A DNA stretch of 64,000 nucleotides, from the sequence record SRR22947725_3004. One strand, 5' to 3'. Within the stretch, counting starts at the first letter, position 1; each line of letters opens with the position of its first letter. The position numbers were made by a program, and so were the translations under genes. Below are positions 20,517-29,272 of the stretch, one piece after another. The notes beneath the pieces were generated by a model. It saw nothing but the letters and a program-made list of their open reading frames with translations. It was not told the DNA's origin and searched no databases.

Positions 20517-22199
20517 CTAATTGGAAGCGGGGCTGCCTTCGTCAGAGCTGTCAGTGTTCATTCGGACGGAAGCCATCTGTTGTTGGATCCATGCTGCAAA
20601 CGTTTCGCCCTTGCGTGACTGCCTCAACTCTTCTAGGAAATCTGAAAGCTCTTCGTTCATCTTAGCTTCGTCAACGTCTGCATAGTCTTGTAGGTAAAGG
20701 ACACCGGCACCATCACTCGTGTCGCTGACATCACTCAATGTTCCAGGACTCATCGCAAAAGCCAGGTTCTGAAGCCAGCTCACGGTCGCTCTGCGGTCCT
20801 GAAAGTCTTCCAGTGTCCGTGTTGTCAGAGAGAAGTTAGGGATCTTGATGGGGGTTTGCCCCAGTTCCTTGCAGGCATCTGTAAAAGATTTTCCACCGTC
20901 CATGGCTGCTTTCAGGCTCTCATGAATAGTGTTTGCCTGCGCTCTTGCCGCTATTAGTTGCTGCTCCCGCCTGAAATCTCCGATGACACGGGTTTTTACT
21001 TCGTCCAAAGTAGGGGGATGGTCTGGAATGATCTCCTCAAGTGCCATCACGAAAAATGCTTTAGACGCTTCCAATGGGCTTGCAATCGGCTCCTCCTCAG
21101 TGAGTTGGTATGCTGTTTGAGTGAAACTGAAGGGTACTCCCAAGCCGGGGGCAAGCTGGTTGCGTGAAAATTCAGTCGTCAGTTGCGATTGAAGGTCCAT
21201 CTCAGTCGCCAGCTGCTCCAATGCTCCCGAAGAATAAGCTTCAAACTTTGCGAAACCACTCATGAACTTTCTGGTGGCTTCCTCAGCAATCTCGAGCCCT
21301 TTGGTTTCGAGTTCTTCGTTTCGAATTTGTTCTTTGGCCTTGTCCTCCGCCAGGACTTCACCGTTTTCTGTGAAAGAATTGGTTCCTCGAGTCGTGTAAA
21401 TCTCGTCGATCATGGCCTGCAGGTTCGTGCTCGCGTTGAGTTGAGTTTCGGCCTCTGCCAGATAGTTGGTTGCTGCGAATTTCACGTATCTGATTTTTCT
21501 TTTTTCCTCAACACGATAAACAGCCATATTGTTGGTGAAATACTCTTCCATTCCTACAAGATCCTGACCCGCGGACATGTGGTTCGTGCGCGAAAACAAC
21601 AACGCCATGGTAGTTGCCTGCTGATTGCGTTCTTTATAGACCCGCTCAGCTTCTGAGGGTGTTACCATTTCACCACTCAAACTTACGAGCGATGTAAGCT
21701 GTCCTATGCCGACCTGATTTTCAGCATAACGATCTAAATCCGCCTCGGTGAGCCCACGTGGTTTGATAGCCTCCAAAAACCGATCATAGTATTCTTGCTG
21801 GAAGGTGCCTGTTTCCTGATCTGCATAAAAATTCACTTTCCAGTCTGCGACTGTTTTGTCACTCGTGACAATGCCCATTTCCTTCACTTTGTGCAGCAAG
21901 AGCAGTCGCCTTGACGTCTCTGTGTCCCGGTCAAAGCCATATTGAGCGCCCATCTGGTCAGGCCAGCTCCCTGTCATTGAGAAGAACTGCAAAGCAACAT
22001 CTTTGTAGGCATCGTAATACTCCTGCTGTGTAACAGGTTGATCACCAATAGTTCCAATGGTGGCGTTAGAGCCGGTTCCCCCGCCTCCGCCTCCCCCGGT
22101 TCCGACGCTTGGTGTGAAAAAGACGACAAAGGACACAATCACAACCGCAATGATGACAATGAATAACCATTGCTGATGTTTTCGAATATGTGCAAACAT
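20517..22199 (-). CDS. PpiD/SurA N-terminal-domain membrane-anchored chaperone
   Basis: MF..IRKH plus a TM anchor; Y...E.R...Y and P.L.EVK..V motifs typical of PpiD-like proteins. Confidence 0.8.
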   Translation of the reverse strand: MFAHIRKHQQWLFIVIIAVVIVSFVVFFTPSVGTGGGGGGGTGSNATIGTIGDQPVTQQEYYDAYKDVALQFFSMTGSWPDQMGAQYGFDRDTETSRRLLLLHKVKEMGIVTSDKTVADWKVNFYADQETGTFQQEYYDRFLEAIKPRGLTEADLDRYAENQVGIGQLTSLVSLSGEMVTPSEAERVYKERNQQATTMALLFSRTNHMSAGQDLVGMEEYFTNNMAVYRVEEKRKIRYVKFAATNYLAEAETQLNASTNLQAMIDEIYTTRGTNSFTENGEVLAEDKAKEQIRNEELETKGLEIAEEATRKFMSGFAKFEAYSSGALEQLATEMDLQSQLTTEFSRNQLAPGLGVPFSFTQTAYQLTEEEPIASPLEASKAFFVMALEEIIPDHPPTLDEVKTRVIGDFRREQQLIAARAQANTIHESLKAAMDGGKSFTDACKELGQTPIKIPNFSLTTRTLEDFQDRRATVSWLQNLAFAMSPGTLSDVSDTSDGAGVLYLQDYADVDEAKMNEELSDFLEELRQSRKGETFAAWIQQQMASVRMNTDSSDEGSPASN

Positions 22200-22386
22200 G
22201 GCTTATTTAAATGAATCAATTGACCAATTCAGATTTCTGAAACGGTCTTTGTTTTATAATGTCAAAGTGGCGCACAGTAACCATCCTGACGGTCACAGGT
22301 CAAATCCAAAAAATGAATCATTTCAGTCAATTGCAGTAAATCCGAAACATCTTTACAGTCATTCCACTCTCAGCTATCGCTTTTCT

Positions 22387-22788
22387 ATGAAGCGTAACCC
22401 CTTCTTTAAATGCTTTTTTCTGATTGCCACTGTCTTGCTGCAGACCGGTTGCTTGAACACGACTGTCGTCAATTTGACTCCCCCCAAGGTGCCTCGCAAT
22501 GCTGCAGGCAGCTATCGATTTGAAGCTGGTTGGCAGACAAACCAACGGAGCATCAAGGAGGATTCCATCGAAGCCTACGTTGTGTTGGGTGGAGTGCATC
22601 ATCCGATGAAGAAAGTCCCCATCGCAGCTGATCGCTGGGAGGCTCTCATACCCTTGGACCAGGTAGCGGAAGGACACAGTTATCATTTCAAGTTTGATTT
22701 TATTTACAACAGTCACCCGGAGCCTCAGGCAAACAGCCTGAGGACAGAACCTTTTTCGGTCAAAATTGTTGAGCCGAACGCTCGTTGA
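22387..22788 (+). CDS. Hypothetical lipoprotein
   Basis: Basic-hydrophobic leader with QTGC lipobox; 3' end overlaps comEC by 29 nt. Confidence 0.7.
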   Translation: MKRNPFFKCFFLIATVLLQTGCLNTTVVNLTPPKVPRNAAGSYRFEAGWQTNQRSIKEDSIEAYVVLGGVHHPMKKVPIAADRWEALIPLDQVAEGHSYHFKFDFIYNSHPEPQANSLRTEPFSVKIVEPNAR

Positions 22789-25243
22789 CCTGAGCGAAAT
22801 GGGTAATCCTTGTCGACTTACGGGGATCCATCAACAGGGAAGGTCCCTCGTTGGGAATAACTTTCAGCATATCGCCTGAAGCCACTAATTCTATTGAGCC
22901 CTTCGCGCCGGTATCCCAGACAATAGTTCGAGAAGAAAACGCCTCAGGATGCAATTGCTCCATCCATCTGTCCTTTCGACCTTGTTCGATTCCCGTAACG
23001 ATGATTAGTTTTGGTGACAACTGGTCCATCCAGTGGATGTTGGGTGGATTATTTTTTCTGGGGCGATTGACCACCAGCACGTCCGCCTTTAATGCTGGAT
23101 GGGCATTGCCCAGTTCGATCAGCCCCTCACGGCTCAAATCTCCCATCAGGAGTATGGAGCTTTCTCCCAGCGTCAGGGATAGGACCAGGTTTGCGTCATC
23201 CGCCGTCTGGAAGTATCGTTCATCAATGGGATACAGGATTTTTAAGGGAGTTTGAGCCTCAGTTTTGATTCGATTGACCATCGCAATCCCCTTGTTTTTT
23301 GCAAATATAACGATTTCCTTGAAGTATGGAGATTTGAAACCACCAGAAGACGTCACTATTTGTTCCGGGCAGAAACGTTGCATGCCGTCCTGCAAGCCCC
23401 CAATGTGATCCGCGTCTCCGTGTGAAATCCAAACTGATCTCAAAGCATCCACACCCTGCGATTCCAGAAAAGGGATGGTTTTTCTTTCCATTGTGGGCGT
23501 TCTCCCTCCGTCAAGGAGGAGATCGTTTTTCCATCCCGATTGATTGATCCAGATGGAATCTCCATGAGGAACGGGAATCAATGTGATCGATCGTTTCCTG
23601 AACGATGTGTGTAAATGAGACGCAAAAAGGCAAGCAAGAATGGAGCAGCAAATAAACATCGCTCTGGTTTTCCACCAGGCATTAACTGCCCCCAGAGCTA
23701 TCAGCATCAGTGTCGCAAAATAAATCCAGAGGAACAGGGGCGGTAAGGGCGAGACAAAGAAATGCGACCCGTTCAAGTCTGCCATCCATTCGCTCAAATA
23801 CTTCATGGACTCCATCCAGAACCAGCCACAGTGATTGAATAATTCCGTAATTCCCGGTGCCCAGATGGCACACAGAAAACTTCCCATCGCACAACTGATG
23901 ACGCAACCTGCTATCGGTATCAATACCAGGTTGCCCAGGAGTCCGATGGGCGTAACCAGATGAAATTGTTGCCAAATGATGGGAAGTGAACCCACCCACG
24001 CTGCCAGAGAAACCGCAACCGGCAGTGCCAGTTTTTGTGAGCCCCATTTCTGTATTTTCTGAAATACCGAGAGCTGATCTCTGATGATCCACGGATCGGG
24101 CTGTGTCCATTCCTGTAGTTTTTGGCGCAAAGGGTCTGCAAGGGTGACAAGGCTCAACGCCACACCGAATGAAAGCTGGAAACCAGTTTGAAATAATTGT
24201 CCTGGTTGCCCGATCAAAATAATCCATGCTGCAGAGAAAAGAGAATTCAACATGGAGTTGGGGCGTCGAAACATCCATCCAAAAATCAAGATCGACATCA
24301 TGATCCCAGCTCTTATTGCTGAGGTTTGCCAGCCACTCATAGCGATGTAGCCCCACATGCAGAGGACGGTAATGTTTCCACTCATCCAGACCGGCAGCTG
24401 GCATATTCGCAGACTGCCAAGTAGAAGTCCCGCCACCATTGCGACATGCAGTCCACTGATTGCAAAGAGGTGCATTGATCCTGACCATCTGAAAGGTTCT
24501 GCCATCTCGTCATAGAGCCAGGTTTTCCATCCCAGAACCATGGCCCACTGCAGCCTGTTCGCATCATCTACCTCGGGCAGTCCTCGAGTCATCGTATGCA
24601 TGGCCCAGGCCTGAAATGTATCTGTCCAGGGTCGATCAAGTTGTTGGCTGATTTTATGATCCAATGCCCATGACTCAGGCGATTCAGCTGTCAGAACCCG
24701 ATAAATACCCTGATGCTGCAAGTAATCCCTGTAGCTGAAGAGGCCTGTTGCCAAGGGGCCGGATGGAGCATTTAAGACACCTGTAACCTCAATTTTCAGG
24801 CCTTTGTAAAATGATCGGGGGACAGCTCCTCTGGTTCGTAATAAGACGACACCGTGAACCGGATGTCTTTGGGATTGGTGGGAAATCCAGGAGACTTCAA
24901 GGCGGGCCTGACATGATTCTGACACGACGCCCTTATTCTGGTATTTCCTGTAACGAGGCGTTTCCAGCAGTCGGCCCTCCAATGTCGCGTATAGACCCTC
25001 CCCGGTGTCCATGTTTCTTATATCATCTGGGTGAGTTGGTCGCGTTTGAATAGCGTGGATGGTGCTTCCGCCAACACAAATGAGAAGGATCAGTAAATAG
25101 TCCCTGCCTTGTCTGAAACCCAGAAAGCCAAGCGCTGCGATTGCCCAGATTGACATCCAGCCCCATACAGGGATCGGGATCCTGGAATCGAGCATGATTC
25201 CTGCCGCAAAAGCGATCACGATTTTGAGCATCGGGTGAGCCAT
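22760..25243 (-). CDS. comEC: ComEC/Rec2 DNA-uptake channel with MBL domain
   Basis: HLFAISGLHV, SAIRA, GFQLSF; C-terminal SHGDADHIGG. Confidence 0.93.
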   Translation of the reverse strand: MAHPMLKIVIAFAAGIMLDSRIPIPVWGWMSIWAIAALGFLGFRQGRDYLLILLICVGGSTIHAIQTRPTHPDDIRNMDTGEGLYATLEGRLLETPRYRKYQNKGVVSESCQARLEVSWISHQSQRHPVHGVVLLRTRGAVPRSFYKGLKIEVTGVLNAPSGPLATGLFSYRDYLQHQGIYRVLTAESPESWALDHKISQQLDRPWTDTFQAWAMHTMTRGLPEVDDANRLQWAMVLGWKTWLYDEMAEPFRWSGSMHLFAISGLHVAMVAGLLLGSLRICQLPVWMSGNITVLCMWGYIAMSGWQTSAIRAGIMMSILIFGWMFRRPNSMLNSLFSAAWIILIGQPGQLFQTGFQLSFGVALSLVTLADPLRQKLQEWTQPDPWIIRDQLSVFQKIQKWGSQKLALPVAVSLAAWVGSLPIIWQQFHLVTPIGLLGNLVLIPIAGCVISCAMGSFLCAIWAPGITELFNHCGWFWMESMKYLSEWMADLNGSHFFVSPLPPLFLWIYFATLMLIALGAVNAWWKTRAMFICCSILACLFASHLHTSFRKRSITLIPVPHGDSIWINQSGWKNDLLLDGGRTPTMERKTIPFLESQGVDALRSVWISHGDADHIGGLQDGMQRFCPEQIVTSSGGFKSPYFKEIVIFAKNKGIAMVNRIKTEAQTPLKILYPIDERYFQTADDANLVLSLTLGESSILLMGDLSREGLIELGNAHPALKADVLVVNRPRKNNPPNIHWMDQLSPKLIIVTGIEQGRKDRWMEQLHPEAFSSRTIVWDTGAKGSIELVASGDMLKVIPNEGPSLLMDPRKSTRITHFAQVNERSAQQF

Positions 25244-25705
25244 TTACTCGTCCTTTCGTATCATGCTGCGCCAGCGGATCCAAAGCATGGCTGCGGCAGC
25301 TCCTGCAGAATCCAGTGTCACATCGAGCGGGCTTCCGACCCTGTGAGATGTCCATGTTTGATGCCATTCATCGGTAACGGCATAAGCAATACAAATTGCC
25401 AAAGAGTAAATTCCGTGCGTTCGTTTCCACTCTTTCAAAGGTGCTTCAGCATGGCGATGGAAAGCTCGATACCAAAAAACGAATAACAGGGCATATTCCG
25501 TTAAATGCCCCGTTTTTCGTATAAAAAACTGGATGGTCGAAATGGTAGCCTCAGCCACTTCGGGCATGAAAAATCGCAGCAAGGGGCCAATGAACCGTGA
25601 AGTCTGTTGTCCTGAAAAGTGATCGGTTGAAAAAAATGAGATGACCAGCATCCAAATCAATGGAGGTAACCAAAACCGTGACCAATGACTGAATTGTGAC
25701 GACAT
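25244..25705 (-). CDS. VanZ-family membrane protein
   Basis: IRK.GH..EY, YA.TDEWHQ, R.GS..DV.LD; its stop abuts the comEC start (TAAATG). Confidence 0.88.
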   Translation of the reverse strand: MSSQFSHWSRFWLPPLIWMLVISFFSTDHFSGQQTSRFIGPLLRFFMPEVAEATISTIQFFIRKTGHLTEYALLFVFWYRAFHRHAEAPLKEWKRTHGIYSLAICIAYAVTDEWHQTWTSHRVGSPLDVTLDSAGAAAAMLWIRWRSMIRKDE

Positions 25706-25752
25706 GGACTATCTGGGATAATTTTTTCAGATGAATCTACTAGCTTGGGGCA

Positions 25753-25986
25753 TCAGAATGTGAATTTGTCATTCATGCAACTGCACTGCGGGCATCTGGC
25801 ACGATCCACTGTAGGGTCATCCGTATAAACATAAGCGCATTCAGAGCACCGAAACACATTGTCATCTGTTCCTTTGGGTTCGAATCGTCGGCGTCTGATC
25901 TCTGTATAAAAAACGCAAAAAAGAATGCCTCCGAGCAGAATTGATACGTAGGCAAAGATCCATTCACTGAGTGCGCTGACATTCAT
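25753..25986 (-). CDS. Small membrane-anchored Zn-ribbon protein
   Basis: One TM segment, then CSEC...CPQC; ATGA overlap with the upstream gene. Confidence 0.75.
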   Translation of the reverse strand: MNVSALSEWIFAYVSILLGGILFCVFYTEIRRRRFEPKGTDDNVFRCSECAYVYTDDPTVDRARCPQCSCMNDKFTF

Positions 25987-26777
25987 CTGACTTCAATTTC
26001 CTGACTGGAGTTCGTCTTTTGATCGGTTTCGGGCGGGGCTTGTTGCCATTGTATCTCCAGCTCACCCCACTGGGGTTTTTCAGATGCAGGATAGAGGGAG
26101 TTCTGTATGGGCTGGAACCTAAGTCGTTTTGTGATCCTCACTGCTTGCTTTAGGAAGTCCTTTTGAACTGAATCCGTTTCCGCATGGTTTAGCAGTCGGG
26201 CAGACAATATCATGCCCATGGGATTTATCCCGATCTTTATTCTGGTGGGCGCGATAGGTTGGGGGCCCTGCCAGAGAGGAAGTTCGGGTGGGTTTTTCGG
26301 AATGCGATCCTTTAAATTTGAGCTGAAATTAAAAGTGGATGCTCCGACGCGTTTACGGAGTTGCATTCCCATTACTTCGAGTTTGATATCCGGTTTTGTC
26401 AAAGGCTTCCAGAGGCCCTGAGATGTGCTGTTCACAAAATCACCAAGCGCCTCTCCCCATTCCAGCTCAGGCTTGTTGAGATACTTGGGCGATTCATTCC
26501 AGTCACTGTAGGGATTTGGGCTCTGAAAGGACTTATTCCACAATCCACCGGTGAACCCATTTGCATGTGCCCTGGCAAGCAACAAAGGGTCACGCGTCAA
26601 GGGGTGTTCATTCAAGCTTGCATTCCATTCGGTTCCGGCCGCCATGATGACTTGAGATCTGTTCACTGGCTGATGGACATTGGCAGGATTGGGGAAAGGC
26701 ATTTGATAAAACCAGATCATGATTCCGTGCACGGCGGCAATCATTCCGTATAATCTGAGATTCCTTTTTGCAATCAT
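25983..26777 (-). CDS. Hypothetical protein, possibly TonB/TolA-like
   Basis: N-terminal TM segment with His, Pro-rich linker, C-terminal I.P.G...S..L...A...LRF.P resembling TonB_C; lies after exbD. Confidence 0.6.
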   Translation of the reverse strand: MIAKRNLRLYGMIAAVHGIMIWFYQMPFPNPANVHQPVNRSQVIMAAGTEWNASLNEHPLTRDPLLLARAHANGFTGGLWNKSFQSPNPYSDWNESPKYLNKPELEWGEALGDFVNSTSQGLWKPLTKPDIKLEVMGMQLRKRVGASTFNFSSNLKDRIPKNPPELPLWQGPQPIAPTRIKIGINPMGMILSARLLNHAETDSVQKDFLKQAVRITKRLRFQPIQNSLYPASEKPQWGELEIQWQQAPPETDQKTNSSQEIEVR

Positions 26778-26809
26778 TGATCTTCAGGCCCTTGTCATAC
26801 TCCAGTGCT

Positions 26810-27238
26810 TCATGGAGACAAAGGAAAAGGTTTGGTTTGAGTGCCCCAAAGGGTTTTTGAAACGCCTGCTTGTGAGGCTATGTGGCAAATCCTGAGGACG
26901 ATCTCCACATCCGCTCTGGCATCTCCTTGAATGATAAGCGTTGGAGGATTCACAAAGCGTGCAACCGCGTCTTTCAAACGTTGAGAAAATTCCTGTTCCT
27001 TGATGGGCTGGCTTTCAAAATGGATTTTTCCACTTGCATCCACAGCGACAGAAATAACAGGTGGTTCAACGCCGGTTACCGCCTGACCGCTTACTTTCGG
27101 TAATTCAATCTGAACGCCCGGCGAGTAAACCATCAAAGTGCTGAAGACAAGCATGAGGCAGAGCAGGAAGAAAATGCCAGCGAAGGGCGCCACATCCAGT
27201 TGACCGCGAAAAATTTTTGCATTTCTTGGAAGTTTCAT
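26810..27238 (-). CDS. exbD: Biopolymer transporter ExbD/TolR
   Basis: LDVAPF..IFFLL, I.LP, I.GD; follows exbB. The usual TM Asp is not evident (AGI). Confidence 0.85.
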   Translation of the reverse strand: MKLPRNAKIFRGQLDVAPFAGIFFLLCLMLVFSTLMVYSPGVQIELPKVSGQAVTGVEPPVISVAVDASGKIHFESQPIKEQEFSQRLKDAVARFVNPPTLIIQGDARADVEIVLRICHIASQAGVSKTLWGTQTKPFPLSP

Positions 27239-27247
27239 GGGCCCTCA

Positions 27248-27874
27248 CTAATTCTTATTGCCAAAAGTTTCTGTCACGATACTTACGATTTCTGATGATG
27301 CTTTTTCCATATCCAGAACGATGGAGTTGACTCGACTGACCAGGTAGTTGTAGGCGGCATAGCTCGGTATCGCGACAGCGATTCCGCCAGCGGTGCAGAT
27401 CAAGGCTTTCCAGATGCCCGCAGCCATTTCGGGGATTCTTGCATACAAGCCGGCTTCAGCAATGTGCTTGAAAGTATCCATCATGCCCAATGCAGTGCCA
27501 AGCAGGCCGATGAGCGGAGCAATCTGAGCGACAGTCGCGAGGAGGTTCAACTTTTCCTCAAGTCTGGGAACTTCCATCAATCCAGCCTCCTCCAATGACT
27601 CACGAACACCCTCTTTGCCTCCTTCACGGCTGAGAATGGCGGCTTTTACAAGCCTTGCAACCGGGCCAGGTGTCGCTTCGCAAATGGAGATAGCCTCCAC
27701 GACGTTGTCACGTCGCAAGACGTTTCGGACTCCGTTGATGAATTCCATGGAGTTGATCTGGGAGCGGTGGTAGTGAAGCAATCTCTCCACGAATACACTC
27801 GCGGCTGCCACACTGGTCAACACAAGAAGCCACATCACTGGGCCTCCCTGTATAATGATCTCCGGCGTTTTCAT
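27248..27874 (-). CDS. exbB: MotA/TolQ/ExbB proton channel
   Basis: GG.VMW.L, APL.GLLGT..GM..F, AL..TA.G..VAIP. Confidence 0.9.
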   Translation of the reverse strand: MKTPEIIIQGGPVMWLLVLTSVAAASVFVERLLHYHRSQINSMEFINGVRNVLRRDNVVEAISICEATPGPVARLVKAAILSREGGKEGVRESLEEAGLMEVPRLEEKLNLLATVAQIAPLIGLLGTALGMMDTFKHIAEAGLYARIPEMAAGIWKALICTAGGIAVAIPSYAAYNYLVSRVNSIVLDMEKASSEIVSIVTETFGNKN

Positions 27875-28347
27875 AATTGTCTTATAGGCAGTGAAGCCAT
27901 AGCCCGCAAGCGCGATCCGATCAAATCAATCAGAGAAGCCAAACTGTGCAGACAAAAAAAGATCAAGGAACTTCTATGCGTAAGGTATCTTTTACTCCCC
28001 GAGTATGTTACGTATTCACGTCTTATCTTTTCATCTTTGCCATGGATAAAGCTGACCTCAAAGATCAATTCGCGCAACAAAAGGCCCCTTGATCTGAGAA
28101 TGTTGTTCATTGAATACTGACCCTATGCTCTCACTTGTTTTTCAACCTTGAAAACCGCACATCTGCAATTAGATAGGAAAATGAAGACTTGCAACACGAA
28201 CGATTCTTTCCACCACTTTAGCGATGTCGCTTTTGTTCGGATTTTTGCGCTTGTTATCTCGAATTTCCATCTAGTTTGTGCCATTCTGTTCTATCTATTT
28301 GATATCAATCAAGTATCTTGCATTCCATGAAGAATAGGACGCATAAA

Positions 28348-29214
28348 ATGAAAAAAAGTTTCTGTGCCAGGTTGTTCGCGCTTCTTATTTTGCTTTCTCC
28401 ATTAGCTGTCTGCCTTGCACAGGAACAGGCAATCATCAAGACCACACATGTCGCAGGAAGCGTCTACATGCTGGAGGGTCGTGGAGGCAATATCGGTGTT
28501 TCAGTTGGTGAAGACGGTATTTTGATTGTGGATAATCAGTTTGATAACATGGCGCCGCAAATCGAAGCCGCTCTCGCTGATCTCGGCAAAGGTGAATTGA
28601 AATTTGTTTTGAACACTCACTGGCATGGAGATCATACCGGAGGTAATGCTCACTTTGGTCAGAAGGCTACAGTCCTGGCCCACGAGAACGTGCGTGAGCG
28701 TCTGAAAAATAAATCTGGTACACCAAAATCGGCTCTGCCGGTGATCACATTCAAAGAATCTTCTTCAGTTCATTTTAATGGTGAAGAGATTCGGCTGTTG
28801 CATCTTGGAGCAGGGCATACCGACGGCGACGTGATTATCTGGTTCACCGATTCCAATGTGATTCACATGGGAGATCAATTCTTCAACGGCCGCTTTCCAT
28901 ACATTGATTTGGCAAGCGGCGGTCGTGTGCTGGGATATCAGAGAAATGTAACAAAAATACTCAATGCCTTGCCTGAAGGAGCTAAAATCATCCCGGGTCA
29001 TGGCCCCTTGGGGGATAAACAAGATCTACAAAGCTTCTCAACCATGCTCATGGAGACTATCAATCCTGTCAGGCAGGCGATCAGTCAGGGGAAAACTTTG
29101 GACCAGATCAAGGCTGCAGGTGTGGATGAAAAATACAAAGCGTGGGCAGTTGGATTTATCAATACTCCCAGATGGTTGCAGATTGTATATAATTCGCTGA
29201 CATCGGAACGGTAA
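28348..29214 (+). CDS. Exported MBL-fold metallo-hydrolase
   Basis: NTHWHGDHTGGN, GHTDGD, PGHG; signal peptide. Start is 28327 or 28348. Confidence 0.9.
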   Translation: MKKSFCARLFALLILLSPLAVCLAQEQAIIKTTHVAGSVYMLEGRGGNIGVSVGEDGILIVDNQFDNMAPQIEAALADLGKGELKFVLNTHWHGDHTGGNAHFGQKATVLAHENVRERLKNKSGTPKSALPVITFKESSSVHFNGEEIRLLHLGAGHTDGDVIIWFTDSNVIHMGDQFFNGRFPYIDLASGGRVLGYQRNVTKILNALPEGAKIIPGHGPLGDKQDLQSFSTMLMETINPVRQAISQGKTLDQIKAAGVDEKYKAWAVGFINTPRWLQIVYNSLTSER

Positions 29215-29272
29215 TCTGTCGTTGGATTACTCGCAATTTGATTCGCAGAACTTATACCATAGCAAGAACTTG

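Noticed and set aside
25876-25890. GGTTCGAATC resembling a tRNA T-loop
   Set aside because: Inside a CDS and no cloverleaf can be formed.
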